DNA from: an uncultured Solirubrobacterales bacterium
GTDB taxonomy: Bacteria; Actinomycetota; Thermoleophilia; Solirubrobacterales; JBBDJG01
Direction: 5' to 3'
Length of the DNA: 64,000 bases
NCBI GenBank assembly: GCA_963816975.1
Contig: CAWFMD010000006.1
Coordinates: 1,595,008 to 1,659,007, forward strand
Below, piece after piece: positions 1-9,855 of the stretch (position 1 is its first letter; each line of letters opens with the position of its first letter). The position numbers and the translations under genes are program-made. The notes beneath the pieces are model-generated. The model saw only the letters and a list, made by a program, of their open reading frames with translations. It was not told the origin of the DNA and searched no databases.

Positions 1-768
1 GGCCAGGGCTCCCCGATCGTGTGCTTCCACGGGGAGCCGACGTGGTCGTACCTCTACCGAAAGATGGTGGACCCGCTGGTCGCGAGCGGGCACCGCGTGA
101 TCTGCCCCGACTATCCGGGGTTCGGGCGCTCCGACAAGCCCACCGACCGCGACTGGTACACGTACGACCGCCACGTCGAGCACATGACGCGCTTGCTGGA
201 GCAACTCGACGTGCGCGACGCGACGGCCGTCGTGCAGGACTGGGGCGGGCCGATCGGGCTGCGCTGGGCGGTCGAGAACCCCGACAGGGTCGCGCGCCTG
301 GTGATCATGAACACCGGGCTGTTCGCCGGCCGGGTGAACGAGGCGTTCATGGCATGGCGCAACTTCGCCGAGCGCAATCCCGACCTGCCGGTCGGCTTCG
401 TGATCAAGGGCGCGACCGCCACCGATGTCCCGGACGAGGTCGTGAGCGCTTACGAGGCGCCGTGGCCGAACGCCGAGTCGAAGGCGGGTGTCGCGATGTT
501 CCCGCTGATCGTGCCGATCTCGCCCGACGCGCCGGGGGCGGCCGAGATGCGCGCCGTGCAGGAGCAGCTTGCGGCCTGGGAGAAGCCGACCCTCGTGTGC
601 TTCTCCGACTCCGACCCGATCTTTACGCCGAAGGCCGGGCAGCGGTTCGTCGACCTGATTCCGGGCGCCGGCGAGCAGCGCGTGATCGAGGGCGCGGCGC
701 ACTTCCTCCAGGAGGATCGCGGCGAGGCGATCGCGGCCGAGATCAACCGCTTCCTCCAGGATGGCTGA
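1..768 (+). CDS. Haloalkane dehalogenase (alpha/beta hydrolase, DhlA-like), 5' end beyond window
   Basis: Frame is open from base 1. Motifs HGEPTWSYLY, GFGRSDKP, nucleophile elbow VVQDWGG, acid SDSDP and catalytic His in AAHFLQED. Confidence 0.85.
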   Translation, partial: GQGSPIVCFHGEPTWSYLYRKMVDPLVASGHRVICPDYPGFGRSDKPTDRDWYTYDRHVEHMTRLLEQLDVRDATAVVQDWGGPIGLRWAVENPDRVARLVIMNTGLFAGRVNEAFMAWRNFAERNPDLPVGFVIKGATATDVPDEVVSAYEAPWPNAESKAGVAMFPLIVPISPDAPGAAEMRAVQEQLAAWEKPTLVCFSDSDPIFTPKAGQRFVDLIPGAGEQRVIEGAAHFLQEDRGEAIAAEINRFLQDG

Positions 769-1996
769 ACGGCAGGTCGAGTTCCTGCTGGTCGGTGGGG
801 GGATGGCTGCGGCGAACTGCGCCCGCCACCTGCGGGAGGAGGGGGCCGACGGGGAGATCCTGCTGGTAGGGCGCGAGCCAGATCCGCCGTACAACCGCCC
901 GCCGCTCTCCAAGCAGTACGTGCGCGGCGAGGAGTCGCGTGAGGACATCCTGTTCCGGCCCGACGACTGGTGGACGGAGCAGCGGATCGAGCTCGCGGTC
1001 CGCACGAGCGTGATGTCGCTCGACGCCGATGCGCGGACGGCCAAGCTGTCGAACAAGGACGAGGTGCGATTCGAGCAGGCGCTGCTGGCGACCGGCTCCA
1101 ACGTCCGGATCCTGCGCGTCGAGGGCGCGCAGCTCGACGGGATCCACTACCTGCGCACGATCCGGAACTCGGACGCGCTGCGCGAGGAGCTCGCCGACGC
1201 ACAACGGATCGCGCTGATCGGCGGCAGCTACATCGGTACCGAGCTGGCCGCGTCGCTTGCCAAGCTGGGCAAGCGCTGCGAGCTGATCATGCTCGAGGCG
1301 GTCACGCACGAGCGCTTCTACGGAGCGCAGGTCGGCCGGTTCTTCCAGGACACGCTGATCTCGCACGGCGTGCGAGTGCACGGCGGCCAGGAGCTGGAGC
1401 GCTTCGCCGGGACGGGCGACCGGGTGGAGCGGGTCGTGACGAAGTCCGGTCTCGAGATCGAATGCGACTTCGTGGTGATCGGCGCGGGTGTCACGCCCGA
1501 CATCGCGCTCGCGCAGCGCGCGGGGCTCGAGACCGACAGCGGAGTGCTCGTGGACCGCTACCTCGAGACGAGCGCGCCCGGGGTGTTCGCGGCGGGCGAC
1601 ATCGCGGAGTACGACAGCGTCGTGCATGACCGCCGCATCCGCATCGAGCACTGGGACGTCGCCTTCAACCAGGGCAAGTTCGCGGCGCTCAACATGCTCG
1701 GGCGCAAGCAGGCCTACGACGTGGTGCCCTACTTCTGGTCCGATCTCGCCGATTGGGCGAGCATGGAGTACGTGGGGCCGGCCACCGAGTGGGACGAGGT
1801 CTGGATCCGGGGCGGCATCGACGCGGGCAAGTTCACCGCCTTCTACGTGCAGGGCGGGAAGGTCGCCGCGGCGCTCACAGTCGGCCGCTCGGACGACCTC
1901 GCCGTGGCCGCGCGGCTGCTCAAGGAGAAGACCGACGTGAGCGGTCTGCGCGCGCGCCTGGAGGACGTCGAGGCCGACATCGCCGAGCTCGGGTAA
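761..1996 (+). CDS. FAD/NAD(P)-dependent oxidoreductase, ferredoxin-reductase family
   Basis: GGGMAA FAD motif, PYNRPPLSK, ATGS, IGGSYIG NAD motif, TSAPGVFAAGDIA, C-terminal VPYFWSD. Start overlaps the upstream gene end. Confidence 0.9.
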   Translation: MAERQVEFLLVGGGMAAANCARHLREEGADGEILLVGREPDPPYNRPPLSKQYVRGEESREDILFRPDDWWTEQRIELAVRTSVMSLDADARTAKLSNKDEVRFEQALLATGSNVRILRVEGAQLDGIHYLRTIRNSDALREELADAQRIALIGGSYIGTELAASLAKLGKRCELIMLEAVTHERFYGAQVGRFFQDTLISHGVRVHGGQELERFAGTGDRVERVVTKSGLEIECDFVVIGAGVTPDIALAQRAGLETDSGVLVDRYLETSAPGVFAAGDIAEYDSVVHDRRIRIEHWDVAFNQGKFAALNMLGRKQAYDVVPYFWSDLADWASMEYVGPATEWDEVWIRGGIDAGKFTAFYVQGGKVAAALTVGRSDDLAVAARLLKEKTDVSGLRARLEDVEADIAELG

Positions 1997-2014
1997 CGCC
2001 GACCTCCTGCAAAC

Positions 2015-2040
2015 CCGACCGTCCGCTTACGGACGGTCGG
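2015..2040. terminator. Perfect 11-bp hairpin between convergent genes
   Basis: CCGACCGTCCG-CTTA-CGGACGGTCGG. The Kelch gene stop codon lies in the loop, and only a short T run follows on the minus strand. Confidence 0.55.
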
Positions 2041-3037
2041 CTCTGTTCACATCCAAGGCCTCGATCGCGTTCGAGAAGTCGAAGCCCGGCGTGGGGCCGC
2101 CCTCGATCGTGTAGACGCGGCGCCCGCGGGACACGACGCCCAGCCCATGGCGCGGGGTGCGCATTCCGGGCAGGCGGCTCCAGCGGCGGGTCGCGGGGTC
2201 ATACGCCTCGACCTCCCCGATCGTGCCCGTGGCCTCCTCGCCGCCGGCGACGATTACGCGGGGGCCGACCGCGGTCGCCCCGATGCCGCCGCGCGGCCTG
2301 CGCATGTCGGGCAGCCGCTCCCAGCGACGGGAACGCGGCAGGTAGCGCTCCGCGACCTTGAAGTTCCCCTGCCCGGTGACGCGCCCGGCGAGCACGTAGA
2401 ACGCGCCGCCGGCGACCGCTCCCGCGAGGTGCTCGCGCGCTCTGGCCATGCGCGGCCCGCGGGACCAGCGCCGGCGCGCGAAGTCGTAGATCTCGAGCGT
2501 CGCGAGCGCTCCCCGCGCCGTGTTCGCGCCGCCGGCCGCGTAGAGCTTGCCGCCGATCGCTCCGGCCGCGAGCGCGGCGCGCTTCGTGGGCGCGTCGGGC
2601 AGGCGCGACCAGCGGTCCCGGCGCGGGTCGTAGCGGTACAGGGAGGACACCTCGCCGCGCAGGTCGCCGCGGCCCGTGTAGCCGCCGATCACGTAGACCT
2701 TGCCTCGCCAGGCGACGGCCGCCGGGTGGTTCAGCCCCACCGGCATCGACCGCACGCGCCGCCAGCGGTCGCGCGCGATGTCGTAGCGCTCGACCGCCGC
2801 GGTCGTGGCGCCCGACCGGCGCTCGAAGCCGCCCACGACATACACGAACCGCCCCACGCGCGCGGCCGCCACCTCGGTGCGGCTCAACGGCGCCGGCCGC
2901 AGCGCTGTCCACCGGCCGGCGGCGCTGGAGCCGGCCTGCCGGTCGCCGTTCCCGGCCCCATCCGCGACGACCAGCACGGCCGCCGCCGCAACCCCGCTCA
3001 CCGCGGCCGCGGCGACCACCAGCGTGCCGCGGCTCAC
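2027..3037 (-). CDS. Kelch-repeat beta-propeller protein with N-terminal signal/TM segment
   Basis: About six Kelch repeats (VYVVGG, VYVIGG, LYAAGG, FYVLAG, VIVAGG, VYTIEGG). GTG at 3037 overlaps the TGA of the upstream small ORF; hydrophobic N-terminus. Confidence 0.85.
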   Translation of the reverse strand: MSRGTLVVAAAAVSGVAAAAVLVVADGAGNGDRQAGSSAAGRWTALRPAPLSRTEVAAARVGRFVYVVGGFERRSGATTAAVERYDIARDRWRRVRSMPVGLNHPAAVAWRGKVYVIGGYTGRGDLRGEVSSLYRYDPRRDRWSRLPDAPTKRAALAAGAIGGKLYAAGGANTARGALATLEIYDFARRRWSRGPRMARAREHLAGAVAGGAFYVLAGRVTGQGNFKVAERYLPRSRRWERLPDMRRPRGGIGATAVGPRVIVAGGEEATGTIGEVEAYDPATRRWSRLPGMRTPRHGLGVVSRGRRVYTIEGGPTPGFDFSNAIEALDVNRADRP

Positions 3038-3225
3038 CGGCGCTCCTCGTGCCCTGCGTCGCGCCGTTCGTGTCCGGGGCATTGGGCCACCGGCAGAGCG
3101 GGATAGCGCGGGTAGTCCGGATCCGTGCGCGAGCGCTCGCACAGCGAGAAGTTGGACCCGCGCGTCGTGTGGACGAGCCGCTGATGGCGGCAGGTGTCAC
3201 ACAGGCCTGCCCGCGGCCGAGACAT
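3034..3225 (-). CDS. Small Cys-rich hypothetical protein (63 aa, CxxC...C...C)
   Basis: ATG preceded by GGAGG. GTGA stop/start coupling to the Kelch gene. Four Cys residues. Confidence 0.65.
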   Translation of the reverse strand: MSRPRAGLCDTCRHQRLVHTTRGSNFSLCERSRTDPDYPRYPALPVAQCPGHERRDAGHEERR

Positions 3226-3296
3226 GCCCTCCCAGTATGGCAGCGGTCATGTGCCGCTCGCCGTGATCTGCGATTGTCCGGAAAACGGCGGAAGGA

Positions 3297-3752
3297 GTGG
3301 CAATGCCCGGACCACGGCTGAGCGAGACCCAGATGCGCCAGGGGATCGTGTTGCTCGGATTGACGCAACTGGCGATCGGCGTGTGGCTGGCGATCGGGCC
3401 CGACTCGTTCGTTGACTCGCTCGCCGACTTCGGCCCCGCCGACCATCACTTCCTGCGCGACATCGCGACCTTCCAGGCGGGGATCGGCATCGCGCTGATC
3501 GTGGCGGCGGGACGGCCCTCGTGGCGCGTGCCGGTGTTGTTCGCGGCCCTTGCCCAGACGGCCCTGCACACCGTCAACCACCTGTTCGACATCGGTGGCA
3601 CGGACCCCGGCTGGCAGGGCCCCGCCAACTTCGCGAGCCTGCTGCTGCTGACGGCCGGCACCCTTTACCTGATGCAGGAGGCCGCCAGGCTGGCACGCCC
3701 GCGCGACAGCGGTGACCCGCGACCGCGGGAGGCGGAGAGGCTGCCGGCATGA
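3297..3752 (+). CDS. Membrane protein (about 4 TM helices)
   Basis: GGAG RBS, four hydrophobic segments, ATGA overlap with the next gene. Confidence 0.75.
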   Translation: MAMPGPRLSETQMRQGIVLLGLTQLAIGVWLAIGPDSFVDSLADFGPADHHFLRDIATFQAGIGIALIVAAGRPSWRVPVLFAALAQTALHTVNHLFDIGGTDPGWQGPANFASLLLLTAGTLYLMQEAARLARPRDSGDPRPREAERLPA

Positions 3753-4687
3753 AAGTGTTCCTGGCCGGCGCGAGCGGCGTGATCGGCCGCCGTCTGCTGC
3801 CGCTGCTGGTCTCGGCCGGACACGAGGTAACCGCGATCACGCGCAGCGAAGAGCGCACCGCCGGTCTGCGCGCAGCCGGGGCCACGCCACTCGTGTGCGA
3901 CGTGTTCGACGCGGAGGGCCTGGCCGCGGCGCTGCAGGCGGCGGCCCCCGAGGTCGTTCTGCACGAGCTCACCGACCTTCCGCCCAAGCTCGATCCGCGC
4001 AAGGCCGAGCAGCAGACCGCGGGCAACGACCGCATCCGCACCGAGGGCACCCGCAACCTGGTCGCCGCCGCGCTGGGGGCCGGCGCGCGGCGCATGGTCG
4101 CGCAGAGCATCGCGTTCGCGTATCCCCCGAGCGGCGCGGGGCTGAAGGTGGAGGACGACGAGCTCTGGGACGACGCGCCCTGGCCGTGGTCGCGCGGCGT
4201 CGCGGCTTTGCGCGAGCTCGAGCACACGGTCACCCGCACGGACGGCATCGAGGGCCTGGTGCTGCGCTACGGCTTCTTCTACGGCCCGGGCTCGGCGTAC
4301 GCCGACGACGGCCACTTCGCCGGTGAGGTGCGCAGGCGCCGGCTGCCCGTGGTGGGCGGCGGCAGCGGTGTCTTCTCGTTCATCCACGTCGACGACGCGG
4401 CCGCCGCCACCGTGGCGGCGATGGAGCACGGGTCGCCGGGCATCTACAACGTCGTCGACGACGACCCCGCGCCGCTGCGCGATTGGGTGCCCGTCTACGC
4501 CGAGGCAGTGGGCGCGAAGCCTCCCCGGCGCGTGCCGGCCTGGCTCGCGCGCCTGCTGGCGGGGCGTCAGGTCGCGGGCATGGCGACGGCACTGCGTGGA
4601 TCGTCCAACGCCAAAGCGAAGGCTGAGCTCGGTTGGCAGCCACGCTACGCGAGCTGGCGCCAGGGCTTCCGCGACGCGCGCGGCTAG
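3749..4687 (+). CDS. NAD-dependent epimerase/dehydratase (atypical SDR)
   Basis: N-terminal VFLAGASGVIG Rossmann motif, LRYGFFYGPG, FIHVDDAA. Confidence 0.9.
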   Translation: MKVFLAGASGVIGRRLLPLLVSAGHEVTAITRSEERTAGLRAAGATPLVCDVFDAEGLAAALQAAAPEVVLHELTDLPPKLDPRKAEQQTAGNDRIRTEGTRNLVAAALGAGARRMVAQSIAFAYPPSGAGLKVEDDELWDDAPWPWSRGVAALRELEHTVTRTDGIEGLVLRYGFFYGPGSAYADDGHFAGEVRRRRLPVVGGGSGVFSFIHVDDAAAATVAAMEHGSPGIYNVVDDDPAPLRDWVPVYAEAVGAKPPRRVPAWLARLLAGRQVAGMATALRGSSNAKAKAELGWQPRYASWRQGFRDARG

Positions 4688-5547
4688 CCGGCTGCCAGCG
4701 CCGCCTCGAGCGCGCCCGGGGGCAGCGGGCTGCCCGCCGCGCGGGCGGCGAGCGCCGCGCGCACGGCGCGACCGGACGGCACGAGGATCTCGTCGGCCTC
4801 CTCGTTGAGCCGGCGGTCGCGCTCGCCCACGGTCTCGAGGTTCTGCACGGGCAGGCCGGTATCGGCCCCCAGCCGGGTGAGCTTCACGTCGCGCTCCTGC
4901 TGGGAGCGGGTGATGTAGTGGTTGATGCGCAGCAGCTCGACAGACACCTCGTCGCTGGCGTGCCCGTGCATCGGCTGGAAGTTCTCATCCACCGCCCGCT
5001 GGCCGTCGCCGTAGATGAAGTAGTGGGAGACGTAGCCGACGCGCTGTGTGCGGTCCGGATCAACGATGCTCTTGACGGCTTTGTTGCGGGGTCGCTCCAG
5101 GCGGAGCCGGCGCGTGTAGTTCTCGATCACGAGTCCAGCGGGCGGCGTCTGGTGGCCCGAGGTCCCGTAATAGATCATGTTCACCACGACGCCCGGGTGC
5201 GCTTCGAACTCCCTCAGCACGTCGGGCAGGAGCCGGCGGGTGGGGGAGAAGAGGAACTCGTCCAGGTCGATGAACGCGATCCACCGTGACTCGCGGCCGT
5301 GCTCTGCCAGGCAGCGGTCGTATGCCTCCCGCTGCCCGGGGAACATCGGCCAGTCCGACCAGATCACCGTGCCGTCGTCCATGAACGGAGCGAGTACCGC
5401 GAGGTGGTCGTCGGTGCTGCGGTTGTTGAACAGGTAGAACCGCTCCACGCCGAGCAGGCGGTGGAACTCGATCCACTCGGGCAGATACGGCGCCTCGTTG
5501 CGGTAGATGGCGCAGATCGAGAGATAGGACCGCTGACCGTCCTTCAT
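4684..5547 (-). CDS. Glycosyltransferase family 92-like protein
   Basis: YLSICAIYRNEAPYLPEWIEFH, WIAFIDLDEFL (DxD), RINHYITRS. Start placed at ATG 5547. Confidence 0.85.
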   Translation of the reverse strand: MKDGQRSYLSICAIYRNEAPYLPEWIEFHRLLGVERFYLFNNRSTDDHLAVLAPFMDDGTVIWSDWPMFPGQREAYDRCLAEHGRESRWIAFIDLDEFLFSPTRRLLPDVLREFEAHPGVVVNMIYYGTSGHQTPPAGLVIENYTRRLRLERPRNKAVKSIVDPDRTQRVGYVSHYFIYGDGQRAVDENFQPMHGHASDEVSVELLRINHYITRSQQERDVKLTRLGADTGLPVQNLETVGERDRRLNEEADEILVPSGRAVRAALAARAAGSPLPPGALEAALAAG

Positions 5548-5580
5548 CGCCGCAACCTGGTCGGCCACACCGGGACTCGG

Positions 5581-6597
5581 TCAGCCCGGGTGCGCGTCGC
5601 CGGAGGCCGGCAGGGGCTCGCGCAGCTGTTGCATGCCTTCCGGGACCGAGCGCACGGGCTCGTAGCCAAGCTCGTCGCGCGCGCGGGAGATGTCGAGCGT
5701 GCACTCCTGCGCGGAGAGCCAGTAGGCGAGGCGCGTGATCGGCGGGCTGCCGCGGAGCCGGAACGTGCGCCACACGCCCTCCGCGCCCGCCGCCATCGCG
5801 CGGGCAAGTGCCGGCGGCAGGCTGCGGTCGCCGGGTGTCACGCCCTGCGTGCCGAGCAACTCCGTGATGAAGTCGCGAAACACGACCGGCTCGCCGTCCG
5901 TCACGAAGTATGCGCCGCCGGCGCGTCCCCGCTCGGCGCCCAGCAGCAGCCCGTGCACGACGTTGTCGACGTGCGTCGTCGACGTGCGGTGGCGCCCGCC
6001 GCCGATCCAGGCGAAGCGACCGCCCTCGACCGCCTTCACGAGGCCCGGCAGGATCGTCGTGTCGCCCGGCCCCCACACGAGCCGGGGCCGCACCACCACG
6101 GTCTCGAGACCGTCACCGTTCGCATCCCTCACGACCTGCTCGGCCTGCGCTTTGGTCGCCGAGTAGAGGGCCTTCGAGTCCGGCCGCAGGGGCGCGTCCT
6201 CCGTCGCGTTCACGAGCGGCTGCCCGGCCATCAGGCCCGCCTCGGTGCCGACGTGCACGAACCGCCGCACGCCGGCGGCGCGGCTTGCGCCGACGGCGTT
6301 GCGCGTGCCCTGTACGTTCGCGCGCTCGAACTCGTCGCGGGTGCCCCACTCGCCCAGGTGGGCCGCGGCGTGGAAGGCGACGTCGGTGCCCTGCGCGCCG
6401 ACGCGCATCGACTCTTGGTCGTCGAGATCGCCGCGCACCGGCTCGGCGCCCGCGGCGGCGACCTTCGCGGCCGATGCGTCGGAGCGCGCCAGCGCGCGCA
6501 CCCGCCACCCGTCGCCGGCCAGGCGCCGCACGAGGGCCCCGCCGATGAACCCCGAGCCGCCGGTCACGAACGCGGCGCGTCGCGCACCGTCGCTCAC
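5581..6597 (-). CDS. NAD-dependent epimerase / 3-beta-hydroxysteroid dehydrogenase family SDR
   Basis: FVTGGSGFIG, FHAAA, YSATK (YxxxK), RPRLVWGPGD. GTG 6597 follows an AGGAG RBS. Confidence 0.88.
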   Translation of the reverse strand: MSDGARRAAFVTGGSGFIGGALVRRLAGDGWRVRALARSDASAAKVAAAGAEPVRGDLDDQESMRVGAQGTDVAFHAAAHLGEWGTRDEFERANVQGTRNAVGASRAAGVRRFVHVGTEAGLMAGQPLVNATEDAPLRPDSKALYSATKAQAEQVVRDANGDGLETVVVRPRLVWGPGDTTILPGLVKAVEGGRFAWIGGGRHRTSTTHVDNVVHGLLLGAERGRAGGAYFVTDGEPVVFRDFITELLGTQGVTPGDRSLPPALARAMAAGAEGVWRTFRLRGSPPITRLAYWLSAQECTLDISRARDELGYEPVRSVPEGMQQLREPLPASGDAHPG

Positions 6598-6836
6598 CAG
6601 GGCGTCTCCTTTCCGGTCAGTCGCCGGCCCCAATGGCGCCCGGTTGCCACGCCAAGGTCGATCGCAAAGGCTGTCAAGCGGCCCGCCCGCCCGGTCAGGA
6701 ACCGCGCCGCGATGCGGCCCAGCAGCGGTTGCCGACGATCGTTCATCGAACCAGCCTAACCGGCCCGACGCTATCGTTCGGGCCGTGGACCGGCGCGGCG
6801 CAGCTCGGTCGGATCCGTCTTCTCCCTGCACTGACT

Positions 6837-7625
6837 TTGGACCAGGCCCGCCTCACCGAGGAGATAGTCGAGCTCGGCCCCTGGCACCTCGACGTCGAGG
6901 TCGCTCCGGGGCTGAGCACGCGCGCGTGGGTGGACGCGGGCGGGGAAGCGCGCTGCGAGCCGGGAAACTCCCATTTCGAAAGTCCCGGCAACGGATTCAA
7001 GGACCTGCTCAGCGAGGTCTACCCCGGCGGCCTCGACGGCCGGGCCGTGCTCGACTGCGCCTGCAACTGCGGGGGCTACCTGTTCTGGTCGCGCGAGTGC
7101 GGGGCGGGCCGCTGCTTCGGCTTCGACGTGCGCGAGCACTGGATCCGGCAGGCGCGCTTCCTGCGCGACCACCGCACCGGTGCAGATGACGTCGAGTTCG
7201 AGGTGCTCGACCTGTACGACCTGCCGCGGCTGGCGCTCGAGCCGTTCGACATGACCGTGTTCAAGGGGATCTTCTACCACCTGCCGGAGCCCATCGGTGG
7301 CCTGCGCATCGCGGCGGAGCTGACCCGCGAGCTGCTGTTCCTCGACACCGCGACGTGCAACGACCGCCCTGACGGTGGGATGGTCGCGGACTTCGAGGAC
7401 ACGGAGATGCTGATGTCGGGTGTGCACGGGCTCGCGTGGCGGCCGACCGGGCCGGAGGTGCTCGAGGGCATCCTCGGATTCCTCGGGTTCGCGGAGACCC
7501 AGGTCCTGACGTCGATCCCCGAGACCCACCCGGGGCACGGCAGGATCACGATGCTTGCCTCCCGCACGCCGGGGCTGCTCGGTCCGATCGGCGAGCGAAT
7601 CGCCGCGGCCGCCGAGAACGGCTAG
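6837..7625 (+). CDS. Class I SAM-dependent methyltransferase (CmoB/DUF1698-like); start uncertain
   Basis: VLDCACNCGGY motif I, GFD motif II, FDMTVFKGIFYHL, LFLDT. Confidence 0.75.
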   Translation: MDQARLTEEIVELGPWHLDVEVAPGLSTRAWVDAGGEARCEPGNSHFESPGNGFKDLLSEVYPGGLDGRAVLDCACNCGGYLFWSRECGAGRCFGFDVREHWIRQARFLRDHRTGADDVEFEVLDLYDLPRLALEPFDMTVFKGIFYHLPEPIGGLRIAAELTRELLFLDTATCNDRPDGGMVADFEDTEMLMSGVHGLAWRPTGPEVLEGILGFLGFAETQVLTSIPETHPGHGRITMLASRTPGLLGPIGERIAAAAENG

Positions 7626-7641
7626 CCTCCGAGCTGCCGCC

Positions 7642-9054
7642 ATGCCCGTCTCCACCAAGGTCACAGAGCTCCCCGACTCGCGCGTGCGCCTCGATGCCGA
7701 GGTGCCGAGCGAGGAGATCGAGTCGCGCGTCCAACGCACGGCGACGCAGCTCGGGCGCGACCTGCGCATACCGGGATTTCGCAAGGGCAAGGTCCCGGCG
7801 CCGATGGTGATCCAGCGGATCGGGCGCGAGGCCGTGCTCGAGCAGGCGGTGCGCGACTCGCTGCCCGAGTGGTACGAGGAGGCGATCGTGCGCTCCGGCC
7901 TGTCGACGGTGGGCGACCCGAAGCTCGACCTGGACGACCTGCCTGTGTCGGGCGAGCCGCTGAGCTTCACGATCGAGGTCGGTGTGACGCCGAAGGCGAC
8001 GCTCGGCGACTACCGGGAGCTGGAGGTCGGGAAGCGCTCCCCCGAGGTGCCCGACGAGGCGATCCAGGCCGAGCTCGACCGGCTGCGCGAGTCCTTCGCG
8101 CGCCTCGAGAGCGTCGACCGGGCCGCCCAGCAGGGCGACCACGTCGTGATCGACTTCACCGGTCGCGTCGACGGGGAGCTGTTCAAGGGCGGCGAGGCGC
8201 GCGACTACATGCTCGAGCTGGGTGGAAACAGACTGGTCGAGGGCTTCGAGGAGCAGGTGATCGGCGCACGCGCCGGCGAGGAGCGGACCGTCGAGGTCCA
8301 GTTCCCCGACAGCTACCACTCCGAGGAGCTCCAGGGCCGCAGCGCGATGTTCGACGTGCAGGTCAAGGACGTGAAGCAGAAGCAGCTACCCGAGCTCGAC
8401 GACGATTTCAGCTCGGAGGCGAGCGAGTTCGACACGCTCGCCGAGTTGCGTGCCGACATCCACCACAAGCTCGAGCACGCGCAGGAGCATGCGATCGAAG
8501 ACGAATTTCGTCAGGAGGCCGTCGACGCGGCGGTGGCGGAGGCCGAGATCGATCTGCCCGAGGATCTCGTGACCGCGCGCGCGGAAGAGATGTGGGAGCG
8601 CACCGAGCGCGTGCTGCGCGCGCAGGGGGTCGAGCCGGAGTCGTACCTGAACGCGTCCGGGCGCACCCGCGAGCAGATGGTCGAGGAGGCGAAGGAAGAC
8701 GCGCGCCGCACCCTGTCACGCGAGAGCGTCCTGGAGGCGGTCGCGGAGGCCGAGGGCATCGAGGTCTCCGACGACGACCTGCTGGAGGCGCTGCAGCCCA
8801 CGGCCGAGCGGGAGGGCACCACGCCCGACAAGCTGCTCGCGCAGCTCAAGGACGCCGGCCGCGACGCTCCCGTCCGGCGCGAGCTGCGCCTGCGGCGCGC
8901 GGTCGACGCGATCGCCGACAGCGCGCGACCGATCGAGCCCGGTACGGCGCAGGCGCGGGACGCGCTGTGGACTCCCAAGAAGCAGGCCAAGGAGGAGGGG
9001 TCCCAGCAACTCTGGACCCCCGGCGCCGGTGACCCTCCCGGTCCCCAAGACTGA
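7642..9054 (+). CDS. tig: Trigger factor
   Basis: IPGFRKGKVP signature, FKBP domain (GDHVVIDFTG), position upstream of clpP-clpX. Confidence 0.97.
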   Translation: MPVSTKVTELPDSRVRLDAEVPSEEIESRVQRTATQLGRDLRIPGFRKGKVPAPMVIQRIGREAVLEQAVRDSLPEWYEEAIVRSGLSTVGDPKLDLDDLPVSGEPLSFTIEVGVTPKATLGDYRELEVGKRSPEVPDEAIQAELDRLRESFARLESVDRAAQQGDHVVIDFTGRVDGELFKGGEARDYMLELGGNRLVEGFEEQVIGARAGEERTVEVQFPDSYHSEELQGRSAMFDVQVKDVKQKQLPELDDDFSSEASEFDTLAELRADIHHKLEHAQEHAIEDEFRQEAVDAAVAEAEIDLPEDLVTARAEEMWERTERVLRAQGVEPESYLNASGRTREQMVEEAKEDARRTLSRESVLEAVAEAEGIEVSDDDLLEALQPTAEREGTTPDKLLAQLKDAGRDAPVRRELRLRRAVDAIADSARPIEPGTAQARDALWTPKKQAKEEGSQQLWTPGAGDPPGPQD

Positions 9055-9186
9055 CTCCCGCGTTGCGCGGGCAGGATCGCGCGTGCGCCCGGGGAAGCTA
9101 TCGGGCGTGACGCGACCGCTCGGAACTTCGTCCATGAGGTGCCTCCGGTGCTCGGAGAACCCTCCAGGACGCGGAATTCCCGTTGC

Positions 9187-9192
9187 TAGAAT
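9187..9192 (+). promoter_or_regulatory. Probable -10 element (TAGAAT) for clpP-clpX
   Basis: TAGAAT in the tig-clpP intergenic region, about 80 nt before the clpP ATG. Confidence 0.45.
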
Positions 9193-9270
9193 CGCCGCGC
9201 GACGGCGGGATTCGGACGTATTCGAACACAAGGCATTCAACGTCCAGGCGCTAGGCGCCGGAAAGGCAAT

Positions 9271-9855
9271 ATGAGCCCACTGGTTCCAATGGTCGTCGAG
9301 CAGACCTCCCGCGGGGAGCGCGCCTTCGACATCTATTCCCGCCTCCTGAACGAGCGGATCGTGTTCCTCGGGACGCCGGTCACGGAGGACATCGCGAACC
9401 TGATCGTGGCCCAGCTGCTGCACCTCGAGTCCGAGGACCCGGACAAGGACATCAGCCTCTACGTCAACTCCCCCGGCGGAAGCGTGTACGCGGGCCTCGC
9501 GATCTACGACACGATGCAGTTCATCAAGCCGGACGTCCAGACGATCTGCGTGGGCGTCGCGATGAGCATGGGGGCGCTGCTGCTGGCGGGCGGGGCCGAC
9601 GGCAAGCGCATGGCGCTGCCCAACGCGAAGATCCTGATCCACCAGGTGTCGGGGGGCTTCTCGGGCCAGGCCGCCGACATCGAGATCCACGCCCGCGAGA
9701 TCATCGACATCCGGCGCAAGCTGGACGAGATCATCGCGAAGCACACGAAGCAGCCGCTCGAGAAGGTCTCGCACGACACCGACAGGGACTACTTCATGAG
9801 CGCCGAGGAGGCCCAGGAGTACAACATCATCGACAGGGTCATCAGCGAGCACTAG
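9271..9855 (+). CDS. clpP: ATP-dependent Clp protease proteolytic subunit
   Basis: [19 protein letters not shown], catalytic Ser in [20 protein letters not shown]. Confidence 0.98.
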   Translation: MSPLVPMVVEQTSRGERAFDIYSRLLNERIVFLGTPVTEDIANLIVAQLLHLESEDPDKDISLYVNSPGGSVYAGLAIYDTMQFIKPDVQTICVGVAMSMGALLLAGGADGKRMALPNAKILIHQVSGGFSGQAADIEIHAREIIDIRRKLDEIIAKHTKQPLEKVSHDTDRDYFMSAEEAQEYNIIDRVISEH

